Source: Leidyana gryllorum EB-2025a
Lineage: Eukaryota; Protista; Apicomplexa
Assembly: GCA_048772705.1 (NCBI GenBank)
Contig: JBLWGC010000042.1
Span: forward strand, 1-64,000
Length of the DNA stretch: 64,000 nt
Direction of reading: 5' to 3'
Position numbers and translations under genes: made by a program. The notes beneath the pieces are model-generated. The model was given only the letters and a program-made list of their open reading frames with translations, was not told the DNA's origin and searched no databases. Shown here piece after piece: positions 28,264-40,050 of the stretch (the first letter of the stretch is position 1; every line of letters starts with the position of its first letter).

Positions 28264-30591
28264 TTAAGCGTACATCTCAGTGAGCTCTCTGCTGAACCGC
28301 TGTTTAGCAACATGTCTTCGCAGCTTCAGAGTGGGAGTCAGCAGCTCGTTCTCGACTGAGAAGGGGTCCGAGATCATGACAAACTTCTTCACTTTCTCGA
28401 AGCCTTTGAGTCCTACCTCACTGGCTGATTCTTCCATGGCCACACGGACAGCCTCGTTGAACTCAGAGTCTTGACAGAGCTCAGCCAGCGAGCTGAATGG
28501 CCGGTCAGCCGAGTTTGCCCACCGTGCCGCCATTTCTTCATCTGGTACCACAATGCCCACCAGGAAGGGCTTAGTTGACTCGCCGTGGACAAATATTTGA
28601 CCCACTAGCGGAGTTCGTGTGTAGACAGCTTCCACCCGCTCTGGTGCCACATACTCTCCTTGACTGAGTTTAAAGATGTTCTTTCGGCGATCAATGATTT
28701 TGATGCAGTTGCCGGGCAGGAGTACAGCGACGTCGCCGCTGTTCAACCAGCCGGTCTCGTCGATAGCTTCTTTCGTGGCTTCGGGATTCATCAGATATCC
28801 CGGAGTGACCGAGTACCCACGTACCAACAACTCACCACACACTTCGTCACCATCCACACTGTAATTCATCTCCGGTATCGATCTTAGACAGAATTCTGAG
28901 AGAAGGGTGTAGGAGACACAGACTCGGAGGCACACCACTCACCCAAACAAGGTTGTACTCCGCCAATGTGACCGGCTACGCGTTCCCCGGGATTACAAAT
29001 AAATGATGCGCCCATTTCCGTCATGCCAAAACCCTGCGAGGAAGCGACTGCCGGCGGTTTCGGCTGTAGAAACTTACGTGCATGAGGGGGCAGCAGAACA
29101 GCACAGACATCCTTTCTTGAACGATTGGTTCCAGGGGAGCCCCTCCAACTAACATGTACTTGACATTTCCCCCCATCAATTTGCGGGTTTTACTGAAGAC
29201 AAGGGGATCCCATATGGGATGAGTATAAATCCCCTTCTCTCGCAGGTTTTTGAGCTTTGCGTTCATTGCAGAGTTGAAGAGAAATTGCGCGACCGGGGCC
29301 TTGTCCTGGATCCCAGCCATAACTTTATCATTGATACGACTATACAATCGCGGCACCGACAAGAAGACTGTTGGTCGGATCACTTTCATGTCGTCCAATA
29401 GCTTTTGTGTATCTCCAGAATAACAGGCAATCTTCACACCCTATGTTTGCACGCGATTTGATTTGCCGTCTCCAGCTGGGTGTGTAAGTGAGTGAGTGCT
29501 TACCAGAGCGATACAATTGGAGCAGATTAACCTCTCAAAAACGTGCGCTAACGGCAGATAGGATATATGCAAATCCGTCTGAGTGAAAAGTTAGTCGCTC
29601 AATGGACCGAATAGTCGCGCCGCCTCCTCACCTCTCCGGCTCGGAAACCAGGATGATTCATAATGCAACGCTGGTGTGCTGCAACTATTGCAGCAAAGTT
29701 TCGAGCTGTAGTGATAACTCCTTTAGGGAGTCCAGTAGTACCAGATGTGTAACACAGAGTACCAACGTCTTCCGCGGTTTGAGGAGTGAGGACTATGTCG
29801 GTATTTTGACGGCCCTCGTTGACGAGCTCTTTCCAGAAGATGAGATCGATACCCGCAGACTTTGCTAATTCCTTTATCTCGTCGGCCGGACGGTCGAACA
29901 ACAGCAGATGAGTCAACGCGGGCTTGTAGTCGTTGTCAAAGTGCCCTTCCTTGAGACGCACCAGAAGCTTGCAGATGATCATGGCCGACTCTACCGACGC
30001 CGCAATAGCTGACATCTGCGTCTGTTCCAAAATTGAGAGCATCGCCTCATCCCCCAGCGAATCGTACATAGGAACCAAAGTGACACTGTCGGCGCAGGTG
30101 GCCTGCTCCGTGATGAACCACTCATGACGATTCTTGCTGATCACCCCCAAAAATCTCATACGACGACCGGGCGCGTATGCCTCGTCGGGATACTCAGTGG
30201 CCTTTAAGAAGCCACGGTGCCGAATACCTCGAGCAAGAGAAACCGCCAGCTCCTCAATCTCACCGTAGGTCGCCCATCGACACTGTCCAGGCGGGCCTAT
30301 CTCGGTCTCTTGCTTTTCCGGGTTCCAAAGGCGGGAACCCAAGAAGGTGGCGTCACGAGCACCCGGTTGGGCTAAACGGTATTGGAAGATATCCCAGCTA
30401 TCAATAAAAGCTCTTTCACCATGCAATACGACCAGCCACACTCACGGCGAATCCCATTTTACCCCTGGCAAGGTATACACCAAGCCCGAAGGAAAGACGG
30501 CTGACTTGAACACAGGTGTTGCGTCCGGGTACGGAGGAGGGTCGGTTGGCACTGCATAGGTGATGTAATCAGCTGACAAACCGTTTCCCAT
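28264..30591 (-). CDS. Long-chain fatty acyl-CoA synthetase
   Basis: YTSGTTGLPKG, YLPLAHVFER, SVPRLY, VGGAPL, GELLVRG, GWLNSGD, IIDRRKNIFKLSQGEYVAPE, LLTPTLKLRR; N-terminus MGNGLS. Confidence 0.93.
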
Positions 30592-30612
30592 GCTTTCAGA
30601 GCTAAATTCTTT

Positions 30613-32974
30613 TTATCCACCAAAACACACCTGGGCTTGAAGCCCAGCACAGCCAATCTCCCCTCCCCTCCTGACACCTTCCTGTAGCTGCACAGTCTCT
30701 GTGCCCCCACTTCCACGTGCACTCCAGTTCACTCGTTGTCTGAGTGTGAAGGGTATCTTATCAAAAATGCACTCAGCACCAGCTCACCTCTTCGTCATGA
30801 GAGAGCTCGCCAAATCCAGAAAGGCTTGATCCACGTTTTCGGCAGTCTGATTTCACCCTCAAACAAAAGGCTCCGGTCACAGGCGTGTCTCACCTTGGCC
30901 GATGTGGCGGTGAAAGCTCCACCCAATTTACTCGCCAACTTCATCGCTTCTTCATTAGTCACGGCCGACACTCCCAAATCGCTCTTATTTCCGAGCAGCA
31001 CCAAACCGTGTGTCTTCATATTGAAATCATGGTGACCTTTGATCTGATGCCACCAAATGTTTGCGGGGAGAGAGAGAGACTTCCACTACTCACCGTCTCC
31101 ACCCAATCCAAAACGTGGTCAAAAGAACTTCTTCGACTTTGATCAAAGACGATCACGAACCCATCGGCGTCTCGAAAGTAGTTTCCGCTCAGACCCGCGA
31201 ACCGTTCCTGACCCGCTGTATCCCACTGTAGGAATGAAATTCAGAGATACTGTGTAGAGAAGAGGAAGAATTCCCGGCATCACTCACCAGCTGCAGCGTA
31301 CAAAGTTTGCCCCCGACAAGCGTCACCAGTGTACTGCAATCGGTGCCAATCGTGGCTGTGTGCATGTCATGGTATGTGTCGGTGACAAATCTCAGCAGCA
31401 AACAGGATTTCCCAACCGCTGTATCGCCAACCATAATGATCTTGAACTTGTGCTGGCTACTTTGCGGCTCGCTGGTGGATAAGATCGATCATGTCATTCC
31501 CCAAACCTTCCCCGCCTACCCTCGCAGTTCAAGCACCGTACAGCACAACAGCTTCCGAGTGAGTTTCGCTTCCTGATCCAACAGCAACCGATGGATCTTG
31601 TCGGTCTTTGTCGCCAGATCCTCCAGTGTCGCCTGAGTCACTTTGCCCCGTCCATCAGACAGCCGGTTGCCACCCCAAACCAGCAATTTGTCCATGAGCT
31701 GCGTGGCCGCGTGCCCCTTGAATCCCAGTATTCCATCACTCAGCGGTCTACACCACTTCTCCTTGCTCAAATCGAATACATATGTACTGACATTGTGATC
31801 ACAGCTCTGCCCGCCGTACACGAACAGCCATCTCGGACGCATCATAATCGTGGAATGAAAGATGCGAGATGAGGGTGGGCAAGATCGTGATCCCACGCGA
31901 CGCCATTGACCCTCAATTTCGTCCTCAGATACGACAACGCTCAACTTGTATATGGAGCACTCTTCCTCCAAGTTGCCTCTGTCAGGATTGGGTCACACGC
32001 AACTGAACGAACTTCTGACTTTGCATCTCGCACTTACCCTATCAAATAAGCCGCCTCGTCGTGGGAGCTCCATGTGAGGGTGTGCCCTACGCTGCAACCC
32101 GCATTCGAAACACTATACCAATTTCTCCGTCTCACCGCTTCCCAGGCTTCTGCCCAACCTGCTTGACCTCCACCCACTCCTTGGACTCAACTTTCAAACA
32201 GTACAAACTTGTGAGAATCTACAGTCCAATATTGCACGAGAGGGACTTGGAACCCTCTCACCTCTTCACCATTCGACCCTCCGTGTATCAGCAGCAGATC
32301 CTCTTTGTCCGCGCCCCCCGGACCCGCCGGAACTAAACAGTCAGCGTGAAACATTCTGGGAGGTGGCGAGGCTCCTTCGTACTGTAACTCTTCCCAAGAC
32401 GAATTCTCCACCTGAACAGTGCTTCAAAACTGAGGCGATCTCAGACTGATCCCTCTTACATCCATCACATAACTGGAATTCGACAACTGATAGCCTTCAG
32501 ACGGAGGGGGACCTTGGAGGCCGATCATCGTCGTGCCGCCGCTAGGCACCGCATCGGTTCCAGGAAGTGGTTGTGCCCCTCCGACCACAATCAGTTGGTC
32601 TCCAACCCGAGTGAGAGAGTGTCCGAAGATGGGACTCAGAGCATTCCTCCCAAGCGGTGCTTTCTTCTCGGTCCATTGGGTACGCTCTGATCCCGAGTGG
32701 AGGGCCAAGTTAAACCGCAACGCAGCAGCTCTCACCGATTTCCAACAAGTGGATGCCGCCGTAAGTATTTGTATCCGTAAATCCGCCAGCTAACATACAT
32801 TTCGGGCCCATCATGACCATCTGGACCGTCACATCGTACAGACTGACAAATCGTTAGCTTCTTTACCTTCCCTCCCACTCGGGGCGCGGGGAGATCCCCC
32901 ATTTGCTTCAACTCGCACACTGATAAGACCAAGTTACGGGCCTCTAACACATCATCGCTCTTAGCGGAAGTCAT
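30613..32974 (-). CDS. Kelch-repeat protein fused to a C-terminal Rab (Rab1-like) GTPase
   Basis: Kelch units: PIFGHSL..LIVVGG, PPRMFHA..LLIHGG, SSRIFHS..LFVYGG, FKGHAA..LLVWGG. Intron ~31472-31519 links them in frame to KIIMVGDTAVGKS, TIGTD, WDTAGQERF, YFRDADG, LLGNKSD, TSAK. Confidence 0.8.
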
Positions 32975-33131
32975 CTTGAGGTAAAATAAGGGGTTAGCCT
33001 AGGTGCTGGAGGTGGAGAGTTGGTTCAATTCGCTCAGGCATACAAAAACAGGCACCAGCTTGCGATTTTTATCCCTTGAACATTTAACATTGAGGCCAGT
33101 AGCGGCCGACATTGACGAAGCTCTTTTCACT

Positions 33132-33701
33132 TCACATTTCTCCCTTGCGGACCGGACGAACACGGATGTTGTTGAACGGCAGCTGAGGTCCTTGTTTGCT
33201 CGGAAGACGTCCAACACGGACAAACTGGCTAGGAGAGGGACCAGCCACCACCGCGACCGGATTCCAGACATTTGTTCCGATGCGAGAAGCCTTGGAAGGA
33301 AGGATAGACGGCACAGCGGAGGCCGCAGGAGGCAAGGCATGGATGATAGCTGGAGATTGGGGTGTCGGATCCATCGCAATGATGGTTGGGGGGATGTAAG
33401 GGCTCGGGGCCGGAACATTGATCTGTTGGATAGTCGGGGGTGGGGGGGGAGGAATCATGACCTGCTCCACTATCGGAGCCGGTGCTTCCTTGCCCATCAC
33501 CACGACTTGATGGTCAACTACGGGCACGAGATGAATGAAGTCCGGGCCCTTCTGCACTGGAGGCGGGAGAATGGGCATGGCCTGAGGGATGATGGGGACA
33601 GGTGCTCCCTTGGAAGGAGGAACAATCACTGTCTTCTTGTGCGGGCCGCCTACGACGGCTGCGATGGACACAGTCCCGAGGAAGAATCGCATCCAAGCCA
33701 T
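33132..33701 (-). CDS. Secreted Pro/Ile/Val-rich protein
   Basis: Signal-peptide-like MAWMRFFLGTVSIAAVVG followed by a proline-rich body; intronless. Confidence 0.6.
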   Translation of the reverse strand: MAWMRFFLGTVSIAAVVGGPHKKTVIVPPSKGAPVPIIPQAMPILPPPVQKGPDFIHLVPVVDHQVVVMGKEAPAPIVEQVMIPPPPPPTIQQINVPAPSPYIPPTIIAMDPTPQSPAIIHALPPAASAVPSILPSKASRIGTNVWNPVAVVAGPSPSQFVRVGRLPSKQGPQLPFNNIRVRPVRKGEM

Positions 33702-33789
33702 CTTGATTATGGATGCACACGGGTGTGTGTGGGTGAGTGGTTGCGATCGATCGATGAGGTGCAGAGGGTCGGCTTAAATTCTACATATG

Positions 33790-35034
33790 TTATACATCAT
33801 CAGATGCTGTCGGTCGAGTACAAAAACATGGGACTTCCTTATCAAACGCCCGATTGAGTTTGCCGAGGCGATTGATCCGCGGTAGCGCGTTAGCAAACAC
33901 AAAGAATCCGAAGAAAGTAAGCAGGAGGCCGATCATGTTGAGAATGGTGAACATCTGCCAGCCCAAGAACAGTTCGATCAGCCACATCAGCGGTGCCCTG
34001 CAGGCATACAACATGCCTTTGAGCAGACCGGTGCCAACCTTTGTGACAATCATGCCGGTCGCATTGAAAGTGGATGAGGCTCCGATGTACACAAACTGGC
34101 TAAGCATCAGAGTGGAGCTATGGAACATCATATACCAATTGTGGTTGAGGTTTTCAACGGCCAGAATGTGGACAATGGGTAAAGCTGCGAGGTTCCACAT
34201 CATCCCCGTGACCCCGCAATAGCCGACAGCCCGCAAAGGAGGACAATAGCGGGCTTTGAGCATCCATTCTTCTGATATGATGGTTCCTGCATTGAGAACT
34301 GTCCCGAGAAGGGTGAAGATGACGCCGAGATAGGACTTGGCCGGATCTGTGTTTGTTGAGGTTTCGGGGTGCAATATCGCATCAATACTGGACATGAGCA
34401 TTCCGCCAGTCATGATTGTAATTCCCGTCCACTCATATACTCTGAGCGGTTTCTTCATGATGAACAACGACATGGCGGCTGTGAACAGAACGAGGGAATT
34501 CCTGAGCATCTGTACTGTGGAGGCGTATGTCATGGCAAAAGCAAAGTTGACCAAAGACGTTCCCAAGAGATCCATGAATGAGGGGGCCGCAAACCACCAC
34601 CAGGGGACGGGTAAGCGATCAAGTGAGTGTGAATGAGCGGGGAACTCGAATGTACCTAACTTGTGTCTGGAGAGTCGTTTTCGAAGCATGTCGAGGCCGT
34701 GAATGCCCAGACACAGGGCTTCTGCCGCGAACATGACAAGGGTTTGCCAATAGGGCTGTTCATAGAATACAGGTGCACAGTCTGTGCAAGGGGGGAGGTG
34801 GTGACGATTCTGCCACTTGGAGACAAAAATGGTACCCAGTCCGGTTCCCAGACATATTACTGAGCAAACTGGGAGGACCCACTTAGGTATTTGGCGAGGA
34901 TGCCATGAGTCTTCGCGGCGGAGGCATTGCGCAGGCGGAGTCAAGCCGGCGACAGTTGACACATCCACAACACTGTCTTCATTCTGAAGCTTTTTCGTGC
35001 AGCCAAGCGGCAGGGTGGTTGTAGCTTCGCTCAT
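33790..35034 (-). CDS. SLC35F6-like DMT/nucleotide-sugar transporter family protein
   Basis: YEQPYWQTLVMFAAEALCL, FAAPSFMDLLGTSL, ASTVQMLRNSLVLFTA; about 10 TM segments. Confidence 0.85.
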   Translation of the reverse strand: MSEATTTLPLGCTKKLQNEDSVVDVSTVAGLTPPAQCLRREDSWHPRQIPKWVLPVCSVICLGTGLGTIFVSKWQNRHHLPPCTDCAPVFYEQPYWQTLVMFAAEALCLGIHGLDMLRKRLSRHKLGTFEFPAHSHSLDRLPVPWWWFAAPSFMDLLGTSLVNFAFAMTYASTVQMLRNSLVLFTAAMSLFIMKKPLRVYEWTGITIMTGGMLMSSIDAILHPETSTNTDPAKSYLGVIFTLLGTVLNAGTIISEEWMLKARYCPPLRAVGYCGVTGMMWNLAALPIVHILAVENLNHNWYMMFHSSTLMLSQFVYIGASSTFNATGMIVTKVGTGLLKGMLYACRAPLMWLIELFLGWQMFTILNMIGLLLTFFGFFVFANALPRINRLGKLNRAFDKEVPCFCTRPTASDDV

Positions 35035-35068
35035 ATAATTCTGTGTTCTGTCAGTCAACAAACAAAGT

Positions 35069-35601
35069 ATGATATTGGCTGCCGGTTTCCTAATCGTTGC
35101 GGGTGACGGCACAGAATCGCCCAAGTGGTTGATGCTGCAAGCACACAATCACAAGACTTGGCTGCCTCCGAAAGGTTGGTTTGCAACACCAGCAGTGCCC
35201 ACATGTGCTTTGTGGTGACAGGCCTCCTGGAGCCTGGCGAAGAAATGCTGGAGGGAGCGCTCCGAGAGCTCGAAGAGGAGACCGGCTTCAATGTAGACCA
35301 GTTCGAAACTCGGTTCGACTTGAATTACGTAAGTCCCAATGCACGGGAGTTGAGCGAGTGAGGCCTTAACAAACAAATCCAGTGTACCCGCTACAAGGCG
35401 TGGGGTGAAGAGAAGAAGACATCGTATTTCGTGTTGAAGGTGAAGGGGAACGAGTTGCCGGTACCGCGTCTGTCTGAAGAGCACATAGCTTATAGATGGG
35501 TAACCGTGAACGAGTACCGATCCCAGCTTGAGCCTCGGCTAGTCGAGATGCACAGAATTCTGGAGAGGGCAGAAGAGGCGTTGCGACTTGCTGTCTCTTG
35601 A
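35069..35601 (+). CDS. NUDT2: Nudix hydrolase, Ap4A hydrolase-like
   Basis: MILAAGFLI..WLMLQA..WLPPK|GLLEPGEEMLEGALRELEEETG (Nudix box); LSEEHIAYRW; several introns. Confidence 0.85.
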
Positions 35602-35725
35602 ATCCCCTTTCTCTGACCCTTTTGTACAAACCTTCAAAGCATTTACTCTTCTTCTCACTTAGTTAGCATCATCCCCGCTCACTCATCAATCACATTGATC
35701 CCCCATTGATCCCACAGAAGAAGCA

Positions 35726-37864
35726 ATGACTATGTCCTATCAGCCCCCCTCCATCCTCCCGCAATTGGCAGCCGCTCCAACTATTGTGAGCGCGCCCATG
35801 ACCGCCAGCACTAGCCAATTCCCCCCCGTACCCGTAATTGGTATGAATGACGACCCAATGACTGGCAACAATGCACCCGCCAAGATGTTTGTTGGTGGCC
35901 TCCCACAATCTGTCAGTCAAGGTGAACTTGCTTCTTTTGTGCTTTTTATACAGCCCGTCATATTTAGACTCCTTACGTGAGTACTTCGGGCGCTTTGGGC
36001 GTATATCGGAAGCCTTTGTGTTAATGGATGAGGCCTCGGGCCGCTCTAGAGGATTCGGATTTGTGACATTTGAAAACCCAGGCTCCCTACAACGGGTACT
36101 CAACAGCCGCCCCCACTACCTTGATGGAAAGTGCGTCGACTGCAAACATGCTGTCCTCAAGGGCCAGAACGGCGGCAGCCGGCAAGAAACACCTTCAACT
36201 GGACCCCAACAGCCGCCAGTCCCGACTCCCAACACGGGATGTATAACAGGAAACGGACTGCAGAGCGCTTCTCAACCCGTTCCTGCCACGACTGCCCCGA
36301 ATACCAATGGAGGCACGTGGTCGCGCACTTTCAAACCGGCTCGCTCTGAGACAAATCCGACCCCTCCGGTCGGTAGCTCGTCCTCTGCCTCTTGCAGCTC
36401 TGGAACGCTGGATTCCTCCAGAGATGGAGGCGAGGAAGATGACGAGCTTTTCTTGACAGGAGGCGGCAAGTCCTATCTGGCTTTGTCCGGAGACAAATGG
36501 TTGGAAGACTGTGCAGAAGCAGATGAGAGGAAAATCTTCGTTGGAGGATTGCCTGATGTCACACCTGGTAAGTACAACGAATTGTAAGAGTTTGTTCGTT
36601 CGCTATTTCGTTGGTTCTCCGTGAGTGCGTGCGCACACGCGGATTGCTTTGGCGGCCGTACGAAAGGCCGAGAGTTCCGAGTTATGGATTGGATACTGGT
36701 GGAGGAATGTAAACTTCTGTAAAGACCGTAATCATCCCCACCGAACCTTGAGCTTTGTGATAATGTAATCCATTGTGTTGATTGTAAACATATTCCACGA
36801 GAGATCACACTATGGCACTGCAGCGGAATTCGCCAGCTTCTTTGAACACTTCGGTCCCGTAGCGGACGCGATGGTCATGTTTGACCGCAAGCGCCGCCGT
36901 CAACGAGGTGCGTTGCTCAGACAATGGGCGTACATATAGGAACGCCCCCTTCTGAGCAGGTTTCGGTTTCATCACGTTCGCAACGAGCGAAGGTGTCGCC
37001 AACGCGCTGCAATTCAATCGGCACCCGGTGAAAGGCAAATTGGTGAGCTAATAGTAAAGCTGTGGTGACATGGACTTGGATGCGTAGGCGGAAGTGAAAA
37101 AGGCACACCCGCTGGTCCTCCAAAAGGCCCGTGCTCCTGCCAAGAAGGAGCGTGAGGCTGCCCAACAGCAGCTGGACAAGCGTTCAAGCCCGAATGCCAC
37201 CGCTGCAAGCAACTGTGGGAAGAGGAAGAACAGTACCGCTGTCACTGGACCTCCGTGGACTGCCACAACTGCCAAGAATGGTGGCTCGCAACCGAGCATA
37301 GCACCCGTGCAGGGCACCACCGACTATAGTGCCTGGAGTACTTGCGGCAAGAAGGCCCGAAATGAAACCGAGGAGGGATTGACCGACCCTTTCGCTTCCA
37401 TGGCCGAGCCAGCTACTATGGGACAACATCACGTCCTTCAACACCAGCAGCAGCAGCTTGCTCAGCCCGCGTCTCATACTGACGACGCCTGTAAGAGTCG
37501 ATTCCCATCGGCTCCGTGGAACGAAGATTTAGAGAAGCGAAGATTCGGCTACGAAGATGATTCCCGAATGCAGGCGGCGGCACCGCCCCCTCAGTTCATG
37601 ACCGCTCCGGCAGCGGAATACCCCCCATTTTATGGAGCGCCTCACGGGGCGGAAGTTCCAGCCCCACAACTACAATTCGCAGCTTCGGGTTACGGATACC
37701 ATCCTCATCACCACCCATATCCTCAACCCGCGGATCCCTACACTAACGCAATGTTGGGGGGCCCCGCACCCACTCAGGCACTTCCTACTGCAAAGTACTA
37801 CGGCGAAGAAATGCCAGGGTACGGTCCGAGTGGGTACGATGCTCCCTTATTCAGCAAACGATAG
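35726..37864 (+). CDS. Two-RRM RNA-binding protein (Musashi/DAZAP1/hnRNP A-B-like)
   Basis: KMFVGGLP..RSRGFGFVTF..VDCKHA; KIFVGGLP|..RQRG|FGFITF..|AEVKKA; Pro/Tyr/Gln-rich tail; includes a 256-nt intron at 36568-36823. Confidence 0.9.
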
Positions 37865-38119
37865 ATAGACAAGTCCGTCGACATCTAGAGAACGATTTTC
37901 GCCCCTGTTGGCAACAGGCGACTGAGTGCCGATAACCACACGACATCAGCCCAAATGAAAGTATTATTATAAAGGTTCCACCTTGTTCAAAGCAGCAACT
38001 GAGACAACAAAAGTAGGTCCCCTCGATTTTGGCGGTAGAAGGAGGTGAATGATCGCCAGCAGGGTAGATGTCTTCCAACTTCTTTTCGTTCCCTGACCAT
38101 TCCGAATAAGAAATCTACG

Positions 38120-40020
38120 ATGGAGGAGAGACTGAGCGGTCTCTCGGTCGACCAGATCGCCCAGATAGGGGCGAGTCTCGGGTATACCGTCCAACGTCAA
38201 AGTGGGGACTCGGTCGTATTGAACCGACCCGTGCTCGAAGAGACGATGTCGCCCTCCAATCGCTTTCCAGTCGCTGTCGAGGTCTTCACCAGCACTGGAG
38301 ATGCTGCTACCTATCTCCCCCATCCGCGCCAACCGGCGTACCGCTTATTCCACTTCGGAGCCGCCCTAGCAGCCGAAACCTTTTCGGCTGTTCTTCGTAA
38401 TCCCTGGAACGACCTGCAGTTCTCATACAGACTATCCGAGATCATCAATCGGCCTCAAGATACTGTCCCCACTGCCCCACCCCCCATGACGCTTGCCGCT
38501 GCCCTCGAGCGTCAGGCCACCGTCATTGAGCGCGAAATTGCCGACCTCCGAACAGAACGTGCCGAAATACGCCGCCGTCTACGTTGCCTCCACCGACCAC
38601 GTAATGGAGCAGGAGACGACGACTCGGACTCGGCGCTGGGCGCTTCCCACCGCGGCGCTAGCGATGACCCGCTTTTGCAGGGCGCTTACCGCAAGGAGGT
38701 AGATTCGCTCAGCGGCCGCGACGCGCGCAGCCGCCACAGTGGCGCCGTGGGTCTGAGCACACATACGTTTGAGGGCGCCAAAAGTGAAAGTAAGCTGACC
38801 TGATATCCTGAAAACCATGCACCGCTTTGCGCTGAAAGGCACACGCTCCTGAAGCATCGTGCAATTGATCTTTCGCTGTGCGCAAGTGATCGTTCGCGCA
38901 ACGCAATCGATCTGGTGCTCCGACCACACTCGGGAACGCAGCTCGCGCACGAGTGCGAAACGATCCGTGCGTGGTGCAAGATTGTGCAATCATTCTGCTG
39001 CTCGCTGCTCTGTTCATGATTGATATTCGTTACACGACTTCCTATCTTTTCTTTCCAGCGAATCGACGATATATGTCGAGTGTTGATGACTATTCGGGTA
39101 GGGCGGGAGGCTATCCAGCGCGCTTACGGGACCGAAGCGGTTTCAACGACGATGACACAGCTGGGGGGGGTGATATGTCTCAATCAACGGTGAGCGCGAC
39201 TCGTTCGACGACCGAGCGAACGCGTGGTAACAAAGGAGTATGGGCTCTATTTTATCCGGACGCACAAGAAGAATTCGGAAGGTGTTGGGCGCTCAAATCG
39301 GTGAATCTGGTGGCGCTGGGTCGGGGTTACCTGGTGAGTTACGACGATGGGACTGTGACTTGGCACGACATTTGCCCATTACTGGACACCAAATTACGGC
39401 AACAGGGCATCACTCCAGTCAGCACGCTGAGTCAGCAGGGGAGCAAACCATCTTCCCCGTCGGCGGTGGGTGTGCGGGTGAAGTATTTGGTATTGGGAGA
39501 GGGTACGAACTTTTATGTCAAGTTTGACAATGGGCGGATGGAGTGGTGCGGGAACGACACGTTTGGCGACACGCTTCGTAAAGGTGTGAATGATAAGCGA
39601 CTGATGGTGGAGCGGGTGGCGTTTGGCCAGGCCGGCGCTTGGTTGGTACTGTGGAGCGATTGGAGTTTTGATTGCGAGGGGTTGCCCACGACGCTAGTTG
39701 ACCGTCTTCGACGTAGTGCCAAGCGGGACAACAATAGCACGAGTGGTGGTGGTACGGGCCAGAATCAGCAGAGCCCTCGAGGAGGCACTCCGGAAACTGG
39801 AAAGCTGAGTGGAGTGCTACCTGGTATTAGGGACATTACAGTGGGGCCCGCAGGCGAATGGTTTATCATCTACAAGGACCATAGTGTTCAGGCAGACAAC
39901 CTGCCTGACGCTCTCTACAGGAATTTATCCCTCATACGTGAGAGAAGCGGCCGAGTGCGCTCCATTGTCTTTGGTGAAAACCGAAGCTGGTTTGTTCGCT
40001 ACTGGGACGGCCCCAAGTAA
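38120..40020 (+). CDS. Uncharacterised protein: N-terminal domain, coiled coil and C-terminal Trp-containing beta repeats
   Basis: ORF 38045-38803 joins ORF 38953-40020 in frame through a phase-1 intron 38790-39058 (GTAAGC..TTTCCAG). About 5 repeats of type VALGxxxx(W/Y/F)hVxxxDG..W..LP. Confidence 0.65.
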
Positions 40021-40050
40021 ATCTACTACCACTGAGTGCGAGTCCAAATA

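Noticed and set aside
33003-33857. 284-aa plus-strand ORF
   Set aside because: Antisense shadow of the proline-rich secreted gene; non-ATG start and no recognisable features.
38822-38860. GCTTTGCGC resembling the U4 snRNA 5' end
   Set aside because: No continuing U4 similarity and no Sm site at the expected distance.
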